DNA from: a virus | Lineage: Duplodnaviria; Caudoviricetes | Virus record (IMG/VR): IMGVR_UViG_3300031998_000061 | Span: 6,976 to 70,975 of that record | Strand: one strand, 5' to 3' | DNA: 64,000 nucleotides | In this document: positions 8,342-18,195 of the stretch, one piece after another | Layout: each line of letters opens with the position of its first letter | How positions within the stretch are numbered: the first letter of the stretch is position 1 | Notes under the pieces: generated by a model | Seen by the model: only the letters and a program-made list of their open reading frames with translations | Told to the model about the DNA's origin: nothing | The model's database searches: none | Translations under genes and position numbers: made by a program

Positions 8342-8377
8342 CTCGAAAACTTCAAATTAGTATTTGAAGTTTTCGAG
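8342..8377. other. Perfect 16-bp inverted repeat (DGR target hairpin/cruciform candidate)
   Basis: CTCGAAAACTTCAAAT-tagt-ATTTGAAGTTTTCGAG, 17 nt beyond the target gene stop. Confidence 0.85.
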
Positions 8378-8394
8378 AGTTTTGCGTTTTTGTT

Positions 8395-10914
8395 TTACGT
8401 CCTGTAGAGAACGCGGCTCACCCCGCGCCCCGCACCAGCCGCATACGCAGACGAACGCGCATAAAACGAATCGCGCGCACGAAACCCGCAAGACGCGGAA
8501 CCACCCCAAGCACCGCCGCCAAGCAAAGCCGTAGAAGAAGCGTATTGCTGTCCAAACGAGCCTTGACCATCATAAGTCGCAAATACATTCTGGTTATTAG
8601 ACGGATAGATATTGATTACGCTGTTTGTTGCAGCAATATTACCGAGCGATGATACATCGTTGAGCCACTGCCAGAAGTGACCGCAAGCCTCTTCAACGCC
8701 GATAAAGCTAATCATTCTTCTGCTTGCAGTATCGGAGTGTCCACCGGCTGTTACGCCGCTTGCAGAACCGGCAATATTCGTTTTTTCGTTACTGCCCAAT
8801 GCAATGCTTGTAAATTCACTGTCATAAAGCAGACGCTTGCGAACCTGTCTCATATCGTCCTGATGATTCATGTGCTCGCGTGTGTTCGTGATTGTGCCGC
8901 CGTATGCTGATTTTGTGTTCTTTCCTGTTCCAGACTGCAAATAAATATCAACAGCCATATCAATATCAACATCGTAGACCATTCCGTCACCGCTTGAGTA
9001 CGGTTTGAATGTGAGACACCAGACACTTTCCGGCAGAATATCACCGGCTGCAAATCCTTTAAGCGGATGGTCAACTGTTACAACATCGTAGATTGTGCCG
9101 GTTGTAACAGCCGTAATTTCCTTGTTATAGAAATTGTAGAAGTCCGGGTCTTCGCCGCTTGAATACTGCTTGATAAGATAGTCTTCGCCAACGGCATTTG
9201 CAGATTTCGCTCCTGCTAACTGACCTGAAAGAGTTGCACCGGCAGCCGCACAAAGCGTGTGGAACTGACCGATTTTTCTTGTGTTGTTAGCTGTATAGTC
9301 CGGGTTAATGTCGTTCGGATATGTCGAGTTGCAGGAAACAACAAGGTCAACATCATTGCTTGAACCTGGTACAAGATAGATGTAAAAGTCACGTCCGTTG
9401 ACTTCACCTGTACGAGTTGAAGAAGCGTCTGCAGCGTCCTGTATCTTGTCTGACAAATCATAAACGGCAGCTTCTTTTACATCGAGATACCTTATTTCTC
9501 TTGTTGTGTCGTCGTTCACAATGTCAAGCCGGATTCTTGTACCCTTCGCAATTTTGATAGCCTGATTGTTGCCGTTGAATGCGAAAGTCAAGAATCTTGG
9601 CTTTGATACGGTTATTCCGTTCGCTTCGCCGCCGATTCCCTCTGCCATTCCGTTTTCGTCTCTCATTACCAATGAGAAAGGCTTTTCTTTCGTTGAAAAC
9701 AAAGTGACTTCTTCAAAATCAAGCTCGCTTGTTCCAACTGCATAAGAATCGCCGGAAAGGTAGAAGAATTTACCTGCGTTTGCAGTGCCTTTCTTAACGT
9801 AAATCAGCTTATGAGTGAAGCAGTCTGCCTGAAGGTTTGTATATCCCGGCTGTCTTGACCATGTACCAGTGTTGACTTTATAGAAGCCGTTCTGCTTTGT
9901 GTCAGTCTGGTCTTTCAAGAAAACAAGCTGTCCTGACGTACACGAAATGCCGTCAATAACCATTTCACCGCCTGCGGTTATATCAATGTTTTCCGTACTT
10001 GCAGCAACAGGCAAATCAGTGATAACTGCATAACGGCTCAAAAGCTTGTTTGCATACGGTCTGTTTGAGCTTGCAAAACCGTTCAGAGCACCGATAATAG
10101 TAAGCAATGTGGCGGTTGCTTCGTAGTGCTCGTCGTCAACATCAATACTTGTGCCGAGCGGAATTGCAGAAGCGTTTACATCTTCACCGCCAGAGCCGAA
10201 TTTGATGTTCTGACGCTTGATTGAATTGTTTTTGTGCGTACCGTCTGGATTGTGTTCCTTGAGCAGAATCTTTGAGTAGTCACAGTAATGCATCGGGTTA
10301 AAAACGCTGTCTTTCTTTGTAGTCCAGCTTTCGTTGCTTCTATCCGGGCTTGAAGCTTCGATGTTGATAATGTTCTCTTCCTGAATGTTCAGCGTTCCGG
10401 CAGGAATATTGATTTCAGCAAGTTTGACATATCCCGGATCTGGAAGCGGCGCACTTGAACTGCCGTTAGAACCTTTCTTGACGTTTACCGTAAGAGCGAT
10501 TCTCTTCTTTGTTTCCGTTGCTTCAAACGTGATTTCGCCGGTTACAGGGTCTTTGTAAGCACGTACTTGTTCGTCGAACGTTTCTTCTGTACCCTTAATC
10601 TGAATGATGTCAATACGGTCATTCACCAAATCCGCTTCTTCGATTGATACAGGTTCTTTCACGGAATTGTTTACAACCAAAACGCCGGTATCTTTGCAAA
10701 ATGCAATCAACGGCTCAATACTGACGTTCATTCCCTGTGACACATACGGCTTTACCTTGCCGCCAATTACATAGTCCTTAGAGCTGTCGCTGATAAGGGC
10801 TTGTATTGCAGTCGCCATGTTTTCAATCGCGGCATCGTACCCATAATTGAAATCAGTAGTTTTCATGATTTCATTGTCGTACGCTTTTGTCGTCTGAAAA
10901 TTATTCATAACCAC
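8395..10914 (-). CDS. Tail fibre/receptor-binding protein with C-terminal CLec (Mtd-like) domain; DGR target
   Basis: Follows the baseplate genes; IDGISCTSGQLVFLKDQTDTKQNGFYKV fibre motif; GVEEACGHFWQWL followed by the VR. Confidence 0.9.
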   Translation of the reverse strand: MVMNNFQTTKAYDNEIMKTTDFNYGYDAAIENMATAIQALISDSSKDYVIGGKVKPYVSQGMNVSIEPLIAFCKDTGVLVVNNSVKEPVSIEEADLVNDRIDIIQIKGTEETFDEQVRAYKDPVTGEITFEATETKKRIALTVNVKKGSNGSSSAPLPDPGYVKLAEINIPAGTLNIQEENIINIEASSPDRSNESWTTKKDSVFNPMHYCDYSKILLKEHNPDGTHKNNSIKRQNIKFGSGGEDVNASAIPLGTSIDVDDEHYEATATLLTIIGALNGFASSNRPYANKLLSRYAVITDLPVAASTENIDITAGGEMVIDGISCTSGQLVFLKDQTDTKQNGFYKVNTGTWSRQPGYTNLQADCFTHKLIYVKKGTANAGKFFYLSGDSYAVGTSELDFEEVTLFSTKEKPFSLVMRDENGMAEGIGGEANGITVSKPRFLTFAFNGNNQAIKIAKGTRIRLDIVNDDTTREIRYLDVKEAAVYDLSDKIQDAADASSTRTGEVNGRDFYIYLVPGSSNDVDLVVSCNSTYPNDINPDYTANNTRKIGQFHTLCAAAGATLSGQLAGAKSANAVGEDYLIKQYSSGEDPDFYNFYNKEITAVTTGTIYDVVTVDHPLKGFAAGDILPESVWCLTFKPYSSGDGMVYDVDIDMAVDIYLQSGTGKNTKSAYGGTITNTREHMNHQDDMRQVRKRLLYDSEFTSIALGSNEKTNIAGSASGVTAGGHSDTASRRMISFIGVEEACGHFWQWLNDVSSLGNIAATNSVINIYPSNNQNVFATYDGQGSFGQQYASSTALLGGGAWGGSASCGFRARDSFYARSSAYAAGAGRGVSRVLYRT
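8418..8533 (-). repeat. DGR variable repeat (VR) at the 3' end of the tail fibre gene
   Basis: Ungapped alignment to TR at offset 215: 21 mismatches, 20 at TR adenines; GC-rich IMH-like 3' end GCGGGGCGCGGGGTGA. Confidence 0.96.
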
Positions 10915-10923
10915 ACCCCTTTG

Positions 10924-12234
10924 TTAAAGTTCTGCCTCGCGCGAAAGCAGCTCAACAAAGTGAACCGTTCCGTAGGCTTTTGTTATATCTATCAGTTCGT
11001 TATATGCGCTTATGCCCCTTGCGCCGCCCGCGCCGGATATAAACGCCTGATTCCAATAAGACATTTTTCTGTATTCGATTGACTTAAAATCATCATTGCC
11101 GTAAGGCGCATCGGCGGTCATCGGCACTTCTTCTGTCAAGAAATCTGCATGAGTTAAGTCGTCCGCGCCTCTGTCTTCGCCGCCCTTCAAAAGAACAGGG
11201 CTTGCGTCTTCATTGATTGAACTCTGGTCAACGTAATCAGCCCGCTCGTATTTTGAAGCCTCTTGCGGCGAAATATCATCTTCGTTCTGCCAGCCGTAAC
11301 CGGCTTTTGTATAATCTGGTCGTGATACAGGGTCATTCGTATAAGGCGCAAGGCTTGCCGTATCGTCTGTATATTCAAGCTCAAGCGTACTGATAATCGT
11401 GAAAGTCGGATAAGGCGGCTTTTCAAACAGCCGCACATAATCAACAAATCCGTAATCATTCGCATACTCAAAACTTATTGTTACGTTCAAATCCGTTCCG
11501 GGAAGGAAATAAAAGCCCTTGTTATCCCAGTCTTCGGTATAGTACGTCTCATAATATGCAGCATCCTGCCAGTCGCCGAATTCGCCTTTAGAGCCGTTCC
11601 AGTATTTACCACTACTGTTTTTGACCGAAACCTTTACAGTGCCCTTCAAAAAGAAATGCAGAAAATATGTCTTGTTCTCATGTTCCAAAGTAACTTCTTG
11701 ACGGCAATATCCGTTGCTGAGAATTTTTAAGCCGTAAGAGCCGGAAAAACGCGCGTCCTTTGTCTGCGAAAATCCGCCGTCAATTTCCCAAGCTTCGTCT
11801 TCCGCTTCAAAATCAGCATTAAGCAGATAGTTCGTGTCTATCCTGTTTGTGTTGTTGACGATAAACAGGTATTCATTGTTAAAATACGTTCTGAAAAGTT
11901 TAAGAATATTCCAGTAATCGCCCCACAAATCATCACCGTTGCGCTGAAAAAGGCATCTGTTGCGGAATTTAAACCTGTCGTCTTTCTCTTCGTGCATCCT
12001 CTTCAGCACGGAATAATATTCCATTGTCCGTTCAAGCTGTTCGCCTGTCTGGTCATAGACGTTGTTTTTCCCCCAATCATCTCTTTCTGCCTGGAATTCT
12101 GTAAGCAGCTTTTCCATTGTGCCCGGAGATTCTTCCGTATCTGCAAGTAATGCCTTGAAAACCTTATCATTGCGGCTAACGGTAGAGGGAAAAACTGCCT
12201 TTATGAAATCACCTATAGAGTTGTTACCGTCCAT
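10924..12234 (-). CDS. Baseplate wedge protein (gpI-like position) with a CBM-like insertion
   Basis: Position after baseplate J; LLNADFE...DARFSGSYGLKI beta-sandwich-like segment. Confidence 0.6.
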   Translation of the reverse strand: MDGNNSIGDFIKAVFPSTVSRNDKVFKALLADTEESPGTMEKLLTEFQAERDDWGKNNVYDQTGEQLERTMEYYSVLKRMHEEKDDRFKFRNRCLFQRNGDDLWGDYWNILKLFRTYFNNEYLFIVNNTNRIDTNYLLNADFEAEDEAWEIDGGFSQTKDARFSGSYGLKILSNGYCRQEVTLEHENKTYFLHFFLKGTVKVSVKNSSGKYWNGSKGEFGDWQDAAYYETYYTEDWDNKGFYFLPGTDLNVTISFEYANDYGFVDYVRLFEKPPYPTFTIISTLELEYTDDTASLAPYTNDPVSRPDYTKAGYGWQNEDDISPQEASKYERADYVDQSSINEDASPVLLKGGEDRGADDLTHADFLTEEVPMTADAPYGNDDFKSIEYRKMSYWNQAFISGAGGARGISAYNELIDITKAYGTVHFVELLSREAEL

Positions 12235-13304
12235 TATTCCACCTCAATAATGTCAACGGTTGCAGTTCCGAAGCGGACAATCTGCTCTGCCGTCGGCGTG
12301 ATGTTCTCTGCCGGTGTCGTGATTTTTACGTCCTTAACGTAAATAACAGACATGATTTTCTGTACAATTTCTGAAAGCAATAACTGCTGACCGATAACAA
12401 GACCGTTTGTATATTCCGTAAGCAGCTTGATTATTTCAGCCTGTGCAGTTTCTTTGTCTGTTCTGAAAACAGTTGCGGCAATATGGAAATTTACAGGAAC
12501 GGCGATAGGCGCAAGAACACGCGCATTTATACCAGGCGCAAGGTGTCCATTTCCGTCTTTAGTTCCTTCAATCGCTTCTTTTGCGGCTTGCAGCGTCTCT
12601 TCGTTAGCCGCGCCGCTGCCGTCGTCAACATACACAGAGAGATTATAAACATCTTTGAGCGGCGGCGCATGTTCCTGAATTGAAACGCTTCTTACGCTGT
12701 CAAGCTCAAGAACGGCGTTTTTGATTGCATATTTGTTCGTTCCCGAAAGACCGTTGATGAAGTTCTTAAACCGTTCGTCTACTTCCTGTACGCTCTCTTC
12801 ATTCGAGCCGCCTGTTACCGGCACAAGGTTGATTACCGACACAACTTCTGCCGGAACATTGCTTTCAATCGAAGTAATAAGACCAGGCGCGACATTGTAT
12901 GCAGTGCCGGATTTATCAGCCCTTATCGGCACAGGCTGCGACTGTGTTTCACCTGACGTGATTTTGCCTGTAGATGTCGTAAGGTAAATAAGACCGTCGC
13001 AAGACAATCTTGTGCCGGACGGTATTGAAGTTTCCGCTTCAAGAGCCTGTTTTCTTGTGAACACAACAGAGCCGGATGCGTAAGTTCCCTGTTTTTTTGA
13101 GAATCCGAAAAGCGTAAACGGTATAAGCCGCAAAAGCTCGTTGTAGCCCTGCCGTATTGCGACATACGCCCTTTCAAGCAGACGTGAAAAAGTATCAAGT
13201 ATCGTGTGAATGATACTTCCCTCATTGAAATCAGTCAGTTTATCCTGCTTTGCAATCATATTTGCTTTTGCAGAATCCATAATATCTTCGTAGCGTCTTA
13301 TCAT
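12234..13304 (-). CDS. Baseplate J-like protein
   Basis: TDFNEGSIIHTIL, ASGSVVFTR, NVAPGLITSI, VTGGSNEES. Confidence 0.9.
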   Translation of the reverse strand: MIRRYEDIMDSAKANMIAKQDKLTDFNEGSIIHTILDTFSRLLERAYVAIRQGYNELLRLIPFTLFGFSKKQGTYASGSVVFTRKQALEAETSIPSGTRLSCDGLIYLTTSTGKITSGETQSQPVPIRADKSGTAYNVAPGLITSIESNVPAEVVSVINLVPVTGGSNEESVQEVDERFKNFINGLSGTNKYAIKNAVLELDSVRSVSIQEHAPPLKDVYNLSVYVDDGSGAANEETLQAAKEAIEGTKDGNGHLAPGINARVLAPIAVPVNFHIAATVFRTDKETAQAEIIKLLTEYTNGLVIGQQLLLSEIVQKIMSVIYVKDVKITTPAENITPTAEQIVRFGTATVDIIEVE

Positions 13305-14035
13305 TAGAATACTCCTTCCGCTCTGCCTGTCGTATGGTTATGATCTGTATATACAACTTCCGCCTGTAAGTTATCACCAACGCCGGAAAAGTTAATTTCG
13401 TCAACGGTTGCAACACGCGGGTCAGCAAGAACTGTCTGCTCCATTGAAGCCAGGATATAGTTATTGATGAAACGCGGCGTACCGACGGAAGTTTTGATAC
13501 CGTAGCTTGTAAGGCGTATGCGCTTTGCAACGCTTGTCGCAAGCCTGTTGACGATACCTTGAGCAAGGTTTTCTTTTTGCGCGACAATCTTGAAATCACC
13601 TGCAAAAGTCGCAAAGATACCGTCGTCTGATAATTGAATATCCCTGCCGTAAAGTTCTTTCTGTTCCGGCGGATAATACACCTTATTCAACAGAACCTTG
13701 TTGTCCTGCACAAAAATAGGAATCTTAATCAATGTTCCGGCTGCAAGCTCGTTTTCTTTCTTTACGCCGTTATAATAAGCAAGGATAGTGCCGTAGCTCG
13801 CGTCGCCGTATTCTTTTTCAGCTATCTTGTCGAATGTGTCTGTACTTAACCAAGCCTGTGTTTTGTGGTCATAAACAATCAGATATTGGTCGTTTCCGTC
13901 TTCATCTACGTATACAACCGTTTCAAGATTTACAGATGATTCTTTTGCAATCTGAATAAGTCTGTTCGAGGCATCATCAATAATGGCAAGGTCTTCTATA
14001 ACTCTGTCGTTAATGTCGTTCTGTGTATCTTTCAT
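13304..14035 (-). CDS. LysM-like plus gp25/gpW-like baseplate protein
   Basis: TFDKIAEKEYGD...LAYYNG...GTLIKIP; ENLAQGIVNRL...LADPRVATV. Confidence 0.7.
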   Translation of the reverse strand: MKDTQNDINDRVIEDLAIIDDASNRLIQIAKESSVNLETVVYVDEDGNDQYLIVYDHKTQAWLSTDTFDKIAEKEYGDASYGTILAYYNGVKKENELAAGTLIKIPIFVQDNKVLLNKVYYPPEQKELYGRDIQLSDDGIFATFAGDFKIVAQKENLAQGIVNRLATSVAKRIRLTSYGIKTSVGTPRFINNYILASMEQTVLADPRVATVDEINFSGVGDNLQAEVVYTDHNHTTGRAEGVF

Positions 14036-15963
14036 TCGTTACCCCCGAACCATTTTGCATAAAGCGTGAAACCCTCTGTAACAGGCGTTTCAAAATCATA
14101 TTCGTTTTGCAGTTCTTCATCCGTGCACCACTTGTCGAATACATAGCCGGATTTTGTCGGTTTATCCGGGAATATAAGCAGCTGACCGTGCGCAACATGA
14201 TCAGCTGATACAGCACTGCCGCCGTTTGAGTTGAAAGTGATTGTATAAACGTTGACGTTCCAACGCGCATAAAGATGCAGTTCAGAATTGACAGGCGTAT
14301 TAAAGAAATACTCGTTTGTAGCGTCCGGGTCGTCGCACCAGAACACAAATTCGTAACCTTCTTTTGTCGGCGGCGTAGGTTCTGTTGCTGTCTGCCCGAT
14401 AAGAACCGACTGCGTTTCTACTGCCGTACCGCCGTTTGAATGGAAAACTACGTTATTAGCGTACTGAACCCATTTAGCGTAAAGGTTGAAACTTGCCGTT
14501 ACCGTGTCGCTGAAATCATAAGGAATCGTACATGCTTCGTCGGTGTACCAACCCTCAAACTGGTAATTTTCCCTTGTCGGAGTAAGCGGATAAATGACAA
14601 GCTCGTTTTCCTTTACAAGCTGTGTTTCGTAGATTGCGTCTCTGTCAAAGAAATTTACGCTGTACTGTGGAATGTATTTTGCATAAAGCGTCAAATCTTC
14701 GTTTACAGGCGTTGTCATGTCAAATTCAGTAGTACATTCATAGTCAATGCACCATGCAACAAACAGGCTGTCGGGCTTTGTCGGTGTAGGCGCGTCTTCT
14801 ATAATGCTTCCCACTGGAATAGACTGATAAGTAGGAAAGCTGCCGTTCTTTGCGTTGAAAGTAACCGTAACAAGTTCCCTTATCCACTTTGCGTAAAGCC
14901 TTATGCTTGAAGTTATCTCTGTATTGAAATTGAAAACCGTTTCAAGAGAATCATCTGTATACCAGTCGTCAAAGCGGTATTTTTCACGTGTCGGGTCTGT
15001 CGGTCTTTTTGCCGTGCCCAAGAATTCTACAACCTGATTAGGCACAAGGCTGCCGCCGTTTGAATCGAATGAGACTGTATACCGTTCTGTAAAGTTTGTA
15101 CCGATTTTATAGTCATTACCTTTCTTGCCTGTTACCATTCCGGCGTATTTCTTGACAAGCCGCCCGATTTTAAGAGCCTGTGTGTAAAAGTTGGTATTGC
15201 TCGCTACCGAAACAATACGCAATGCATCACCGCCGAGCTTTACCGCCGTATCAAGAGGATTATTAAGGTTTTCATAAGTCTTTTTAAGCCGGATAAGTTC
15301 GTTCGCAATTGTGTCAACGACATCAAGTGACAAAAGCACCTTGTTATCAATGAACTCGTTTACTTCCGTCAGCTTTTCCTGAATCCTTGCGCTCTGCTTT
15401 TTTACTTCCGAAGATTCGTCATTGTCCAGAATCGTCGGTATGGTGTCTTTGTCTGAATCATTCGCAATCATTTCAAGCGTGTAGTAATAAGTCATTGGCT
15501 TGTCTTTTGCGCGTCTGATTTTGAAATCTTTTATTTTGACTTCCCAATATGACTTTGTGACCTTGCCGGAAATGAATTTGTCAATCATGCTTGATTTTGA
15601 CAAATCGTAAAGATAAACCTTCTTCTTCGGTATTTTCTCCAAGCCGCCGAAATCTTTAATAAGGCTTTGTAAAGTGAATATTTCTTTCTCGCCTGTAAGA
15701 TACAGCTGTTCTTTTGAAGCCTGGTAGATATATTTTTCTTCTTCGTTGAATGTCGAGCCGGAAAGAGTTATTTTTACTGAATCGTTTCCGTAGTCGTCAA
15801 ACACGACACCGCCGTATGTCTTTGTTTCAGATACGCGCTGCGGAAATGACAGGTCTTCGCTTTCCGGCGGCGTTGAGAACGTGAATATCTTCGGGTCTGA
15901 ACCTTCTTCATTGAATTCGAGCATATAGGCTTTGTGCCAGAATCTTGCGTTAATTATTGCCAT
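14032..15963 (-). CDS. Tail/baseplate protein with five C-terminal InlB B-repeats (Listeria-Bacteroides repeat, Flg_new)
   Basis: Five units of the form Y.V.F.SNGG...P..PT+.GY.F..WY.D.......F...V.....LYAKW. Confidence 0.8.
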   Translation of the reverse strand: MAIINARFWHKAYMLEFNEEGSDPKIFTFSTPPESEDLSFPQRVSETKTYGGVVFDDYGNDSVKITLSGSTFNEEEKYIYQASKEQLYLTGEKEIFTLQSLIKDFGGLEKIPKKKVYLYDLSKSSMIDKFISGKVTKSYWEVKIKDFKIRRAKDKPMTYYYTLEMIANDSDKDTIPTILDNDESSEVKKQSARIQEKLTEVNEFIDNKVLLSLDVVDTIANELIRLKKTYENLNNPLDTAVKLGGDALRIVSVASNTNFYTQALKIGRLVKKYAGMVTGKKGNDYKIGTNFTERYTVSFDSNGGSLVPNQVVEFLGTAKRPTDPTREKYRFDDWYTDDSLETVFNFNTEITSSIRLYAKWIRELVTVTFNAKNGSFPTYQSIPVGSIIEDAPTPTKPDSLFVAWCIDYECTTEFDMTTPVNEDLTLYAKYIPQYSVNFFDRDAIYETQLVKENELVIYPLTPTRENYQFEGWYTDEACTIPYDFSDTVTASFNLYAKWVQYANNVVFHSNGGTAVETQSVLIGQTATEPTPPTKEGYEFVFWCDDPDATNEYFFNTPVNSELHLYARWNVNVYTITFNSNGGSAVSADHVAHGQLLIFPDKPTKSGYVFDKWCTDEELQNEYDFETPVTEGFTLYAKWFGGNE

Positions 15964-15964
15964 G

Positions 15965-16810
15965 TTACAACTCCAAAACTTTACGAGCCTTTTCTTTCAA
16001 AGGTCTTATCATGTCCTCAGCCCAAAGCTTTGACGTATGCTTATGCACGAGCGGACCCATTGCCGTATTTGTGTAATGAGCTATAAGCGCGTCGCACAAT
16101 TCATCAAACAGCTTGCCTATGGTTGCAACTTCATTGCCGATTTTAAGTTTGTCTTCTGCGTTGTTAACCATAAGGTCAATCTTGCCGTTAAGCTCGAATG
16201 TGTCTTTCTTGGTGTCAACAAGCACCTGCTTTTCGTTTGTCGTAACATGAATGAAATCTTTTGTTATTTGTATCTCATGCTCATGCACGTTAAGCGTGAT
16301 TGTCTCTTCACCTTCGGTTTCCTGATCTATTACGAGCTTTATTGTTTCGTCTTTCTTCCTGTTTTTTGTTGTCTTTGTGCCGTTGTTAATATCAGTGATA
16401 TGCTGCCAGCCGGAATTCTCTATGCGCTCGTATTCGTTGCCCTTGTCTTCTACTTTATAGTAGTCGTGCACTGCCTGTTGGCGCGTAAAGCCCGAACACA
16501 AAACGAACGCGCTTGACGGTTCACCTGTAGGCATAAGGCAGAATACATAGCTGTCAACTTGCGGCAGCTTTCTTTCACCTGCCAGAAAATCCTTGTCTTC
16601 GTTCTTGTAAACCCATTCAAGAGAAGCTACACGCACGTTTTCAAGAATCCGTCCGATGTCCATTCTTACGTCAACGGAGCAGTCTTGCGAATTTACTTTC
16701 GTAACCGTTCCCCAAAAGCCGAATCTGTTGCTTTTTGGAGTTGTAAGAACATAATCATCTTGTGCCAGTTTCGCCGGTCTTTTGAATTCTATATTGATGT
16801 TGTTTGTCAT
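15965..16810 (-). CDS. Baseplate spike/gpV-like protein
   Basis: GFWGTVTKVN OB-fold-like start, LPQVDSYVFCL, beta-rich C-terminal half; position. Confidence 0.65.
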   Translation of the reverse strand: MTNNINIEFKRPAKLAQDDYVLTTPKSNRFGFWGTVTKVNSQDCSVDVRMDIGRILENVRVASLEWVYKNEDKDFLAGERKLPQVDSYVFCLMPTGEPSSAFVLCSGFTRQQAVHDYYKVEDKGNEYERIENSGWQHITDINNGTKTTKNRKKDETIKLVIDQETEGEETITLNVHEHEIQITKDFIHVTTNEKQVLVDTKKDTFELNGKIDLMVNNAEDKLKIGNEVATIGKLFDELCDALIAHYTNTAMGPLVHKHTSKLWAEDMIRPLKEKARKVLEL

Positions 16811-18195
16811 TGCTGCACCGCCTTTGCAGCTTCAATCATTGCGAATTTGTCTGCAATGTCTTCAAAAGGTTCAAACTTGCCGCTGTCATACTTGCCGCCG
16901 CGTGAAACTATGAGCGTTGCTTCCGTGTTGCCGCCGTAGTTCCATTTGACTTCAACGCCCTCAACGTAGAATTCGCCGCCGAGAAACTTAATTTTTCCGC
17001 CTGTTACCGGCATTTCGTCCATTGTCTTGCATGAAATATTGATAGTGCCGTTAAGCATGTTCTCAAGATTGCCGTACCAGTCTCTAAGCCGTGTATTCAG
17101 CTTTGTTATATTGTCCTGTGTCGAAGTGTCTTTCTTGCCGGTCTGAATTGAATAGCCCTTGAAATTTGCAAACAGCGGTCTGTAGCCGTACTTTTGGTAC
17201 TTTTCATCATACAGAATAAGAGAGCTGTCTTGTCGTGTTTCAACAGCCTGTGTTTTCAGTGCAATATCTTCTTGAATCGCGTAACCGTCAAGATAAGAGA
17301 AGAAAACGGTATAGACTTCTTCGTCCGAAAGCGAAAAATCAAAGCCTTTAACGTCAAGCGGCTTTATTTCTTGTGTAGGCAGCTTATCCCATGTATCGCC
17401 TACGTCAAAAGGAACTTCGCGCACTTTTACCCTCATCTTTCCTTCATCGTCTCTGAATACGAATGATTCATAGACAGGCTGTGTACAAAGCACGTTAAGG
17501 ATGCTGTAAAAGTTCTGCGTAGTCTGACCTGCAAAGACGCTTCCGAGCGGATAATGCAGTTTCGGCGGCGATTCAAAATCAAAAGGATTTGAACCTACGT
17601 ATTTTTCTATATAATCAAGCATTTTTATGCTTGAAAGTTTGTCATATTTCTTTGCAAGTTTGCAAAAAGACTTCCACATGTTATCAACAACGACATCAAG
17701 CGTCGGTAGGCTGCTTGGGTCTGTAAGATTGTTGACAGTGAACCTTAGTTCTTCGTCACCGGCGGCTTGTGCCGTTATTGATGTTGCGTTTACATCGAGA
17801 TTTATAAAGAACTGGTCAATAAGACCTGCAACGGAATAGCCGGAAATCACAAGCCGTCTTGATACGCTGTCGCTGCACTGCGATACATACTTGCGCTTCT
17901 TTACGATTCCTGTAAAAGACGGCTTTGTTACCTGTTCCTTGCCGGTAATGTTCTGGTAAATGTTCACAATATCCAGAGTGTTTATCTTTTTAAGAAGGTG
18001 TTCTTTTGTTTTCAAGTCGTCCGGGTAAAGGGTAATGCTGAATTTGCCTTGAGTGTCGCGTACATTAGTTGAGTAGCTGAAAGAGAGAAGAGGAGAATCT
18101 TTGATATTGAATTTTACTTTAACGTCGCCGCTGTCTGGGTCTAGGAATTCAACAATGTGCTGCGGCGCGTTATAAACTACTTGTCTATAGTCCAT
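16807..18195 (-). CDS. Baseplate hub/tail tip protein
   Basis: Directly after the tape measure; FYVEGVEVKWNYGG C-terminal hub-like motif. Confidence 0.65.
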   Translation of the reverse strand: MDYRQVVYNAPQHIVEFLDPDSGDVKVKFNIKDSPLLSFSYSTNVRDTQGKFSITLYPDDLKTKEHLLKKINTLDIVNIYQNITGKEQVTKPSFTGIVKKRKYVSQCSDSVSRRLVISGYSVAGLIDQFFINLDVNATSITAQAAGDEELRFTVNNLTDPSSLPTLDVVVDNMWKSFCKLAKKYDKLSSIKMLDYIEKYVGSNPFDFESPPKLHYPLGSVFAGQTTQNFYSILNVLCTQPVYESFVFRDDEGKMRVKVREVPFDVGDTWDKLPTQEIKPLDVKGFDFSLSDEEVYTVFFSYLDGYAIQEDIALKTQAVETRQDSSLILYDEKYQKYGYRPLFANFKGYSIQTGKKDTSTQDNITKLNTRLRDWYGNLENMLNGTINISCKTMDEMPVTGGKIKFLGGEFYVEGVEVKWNYGGNTEATLIVSRGGKYDSGKFEPFEDIADKFAMIEAAKAVQQ

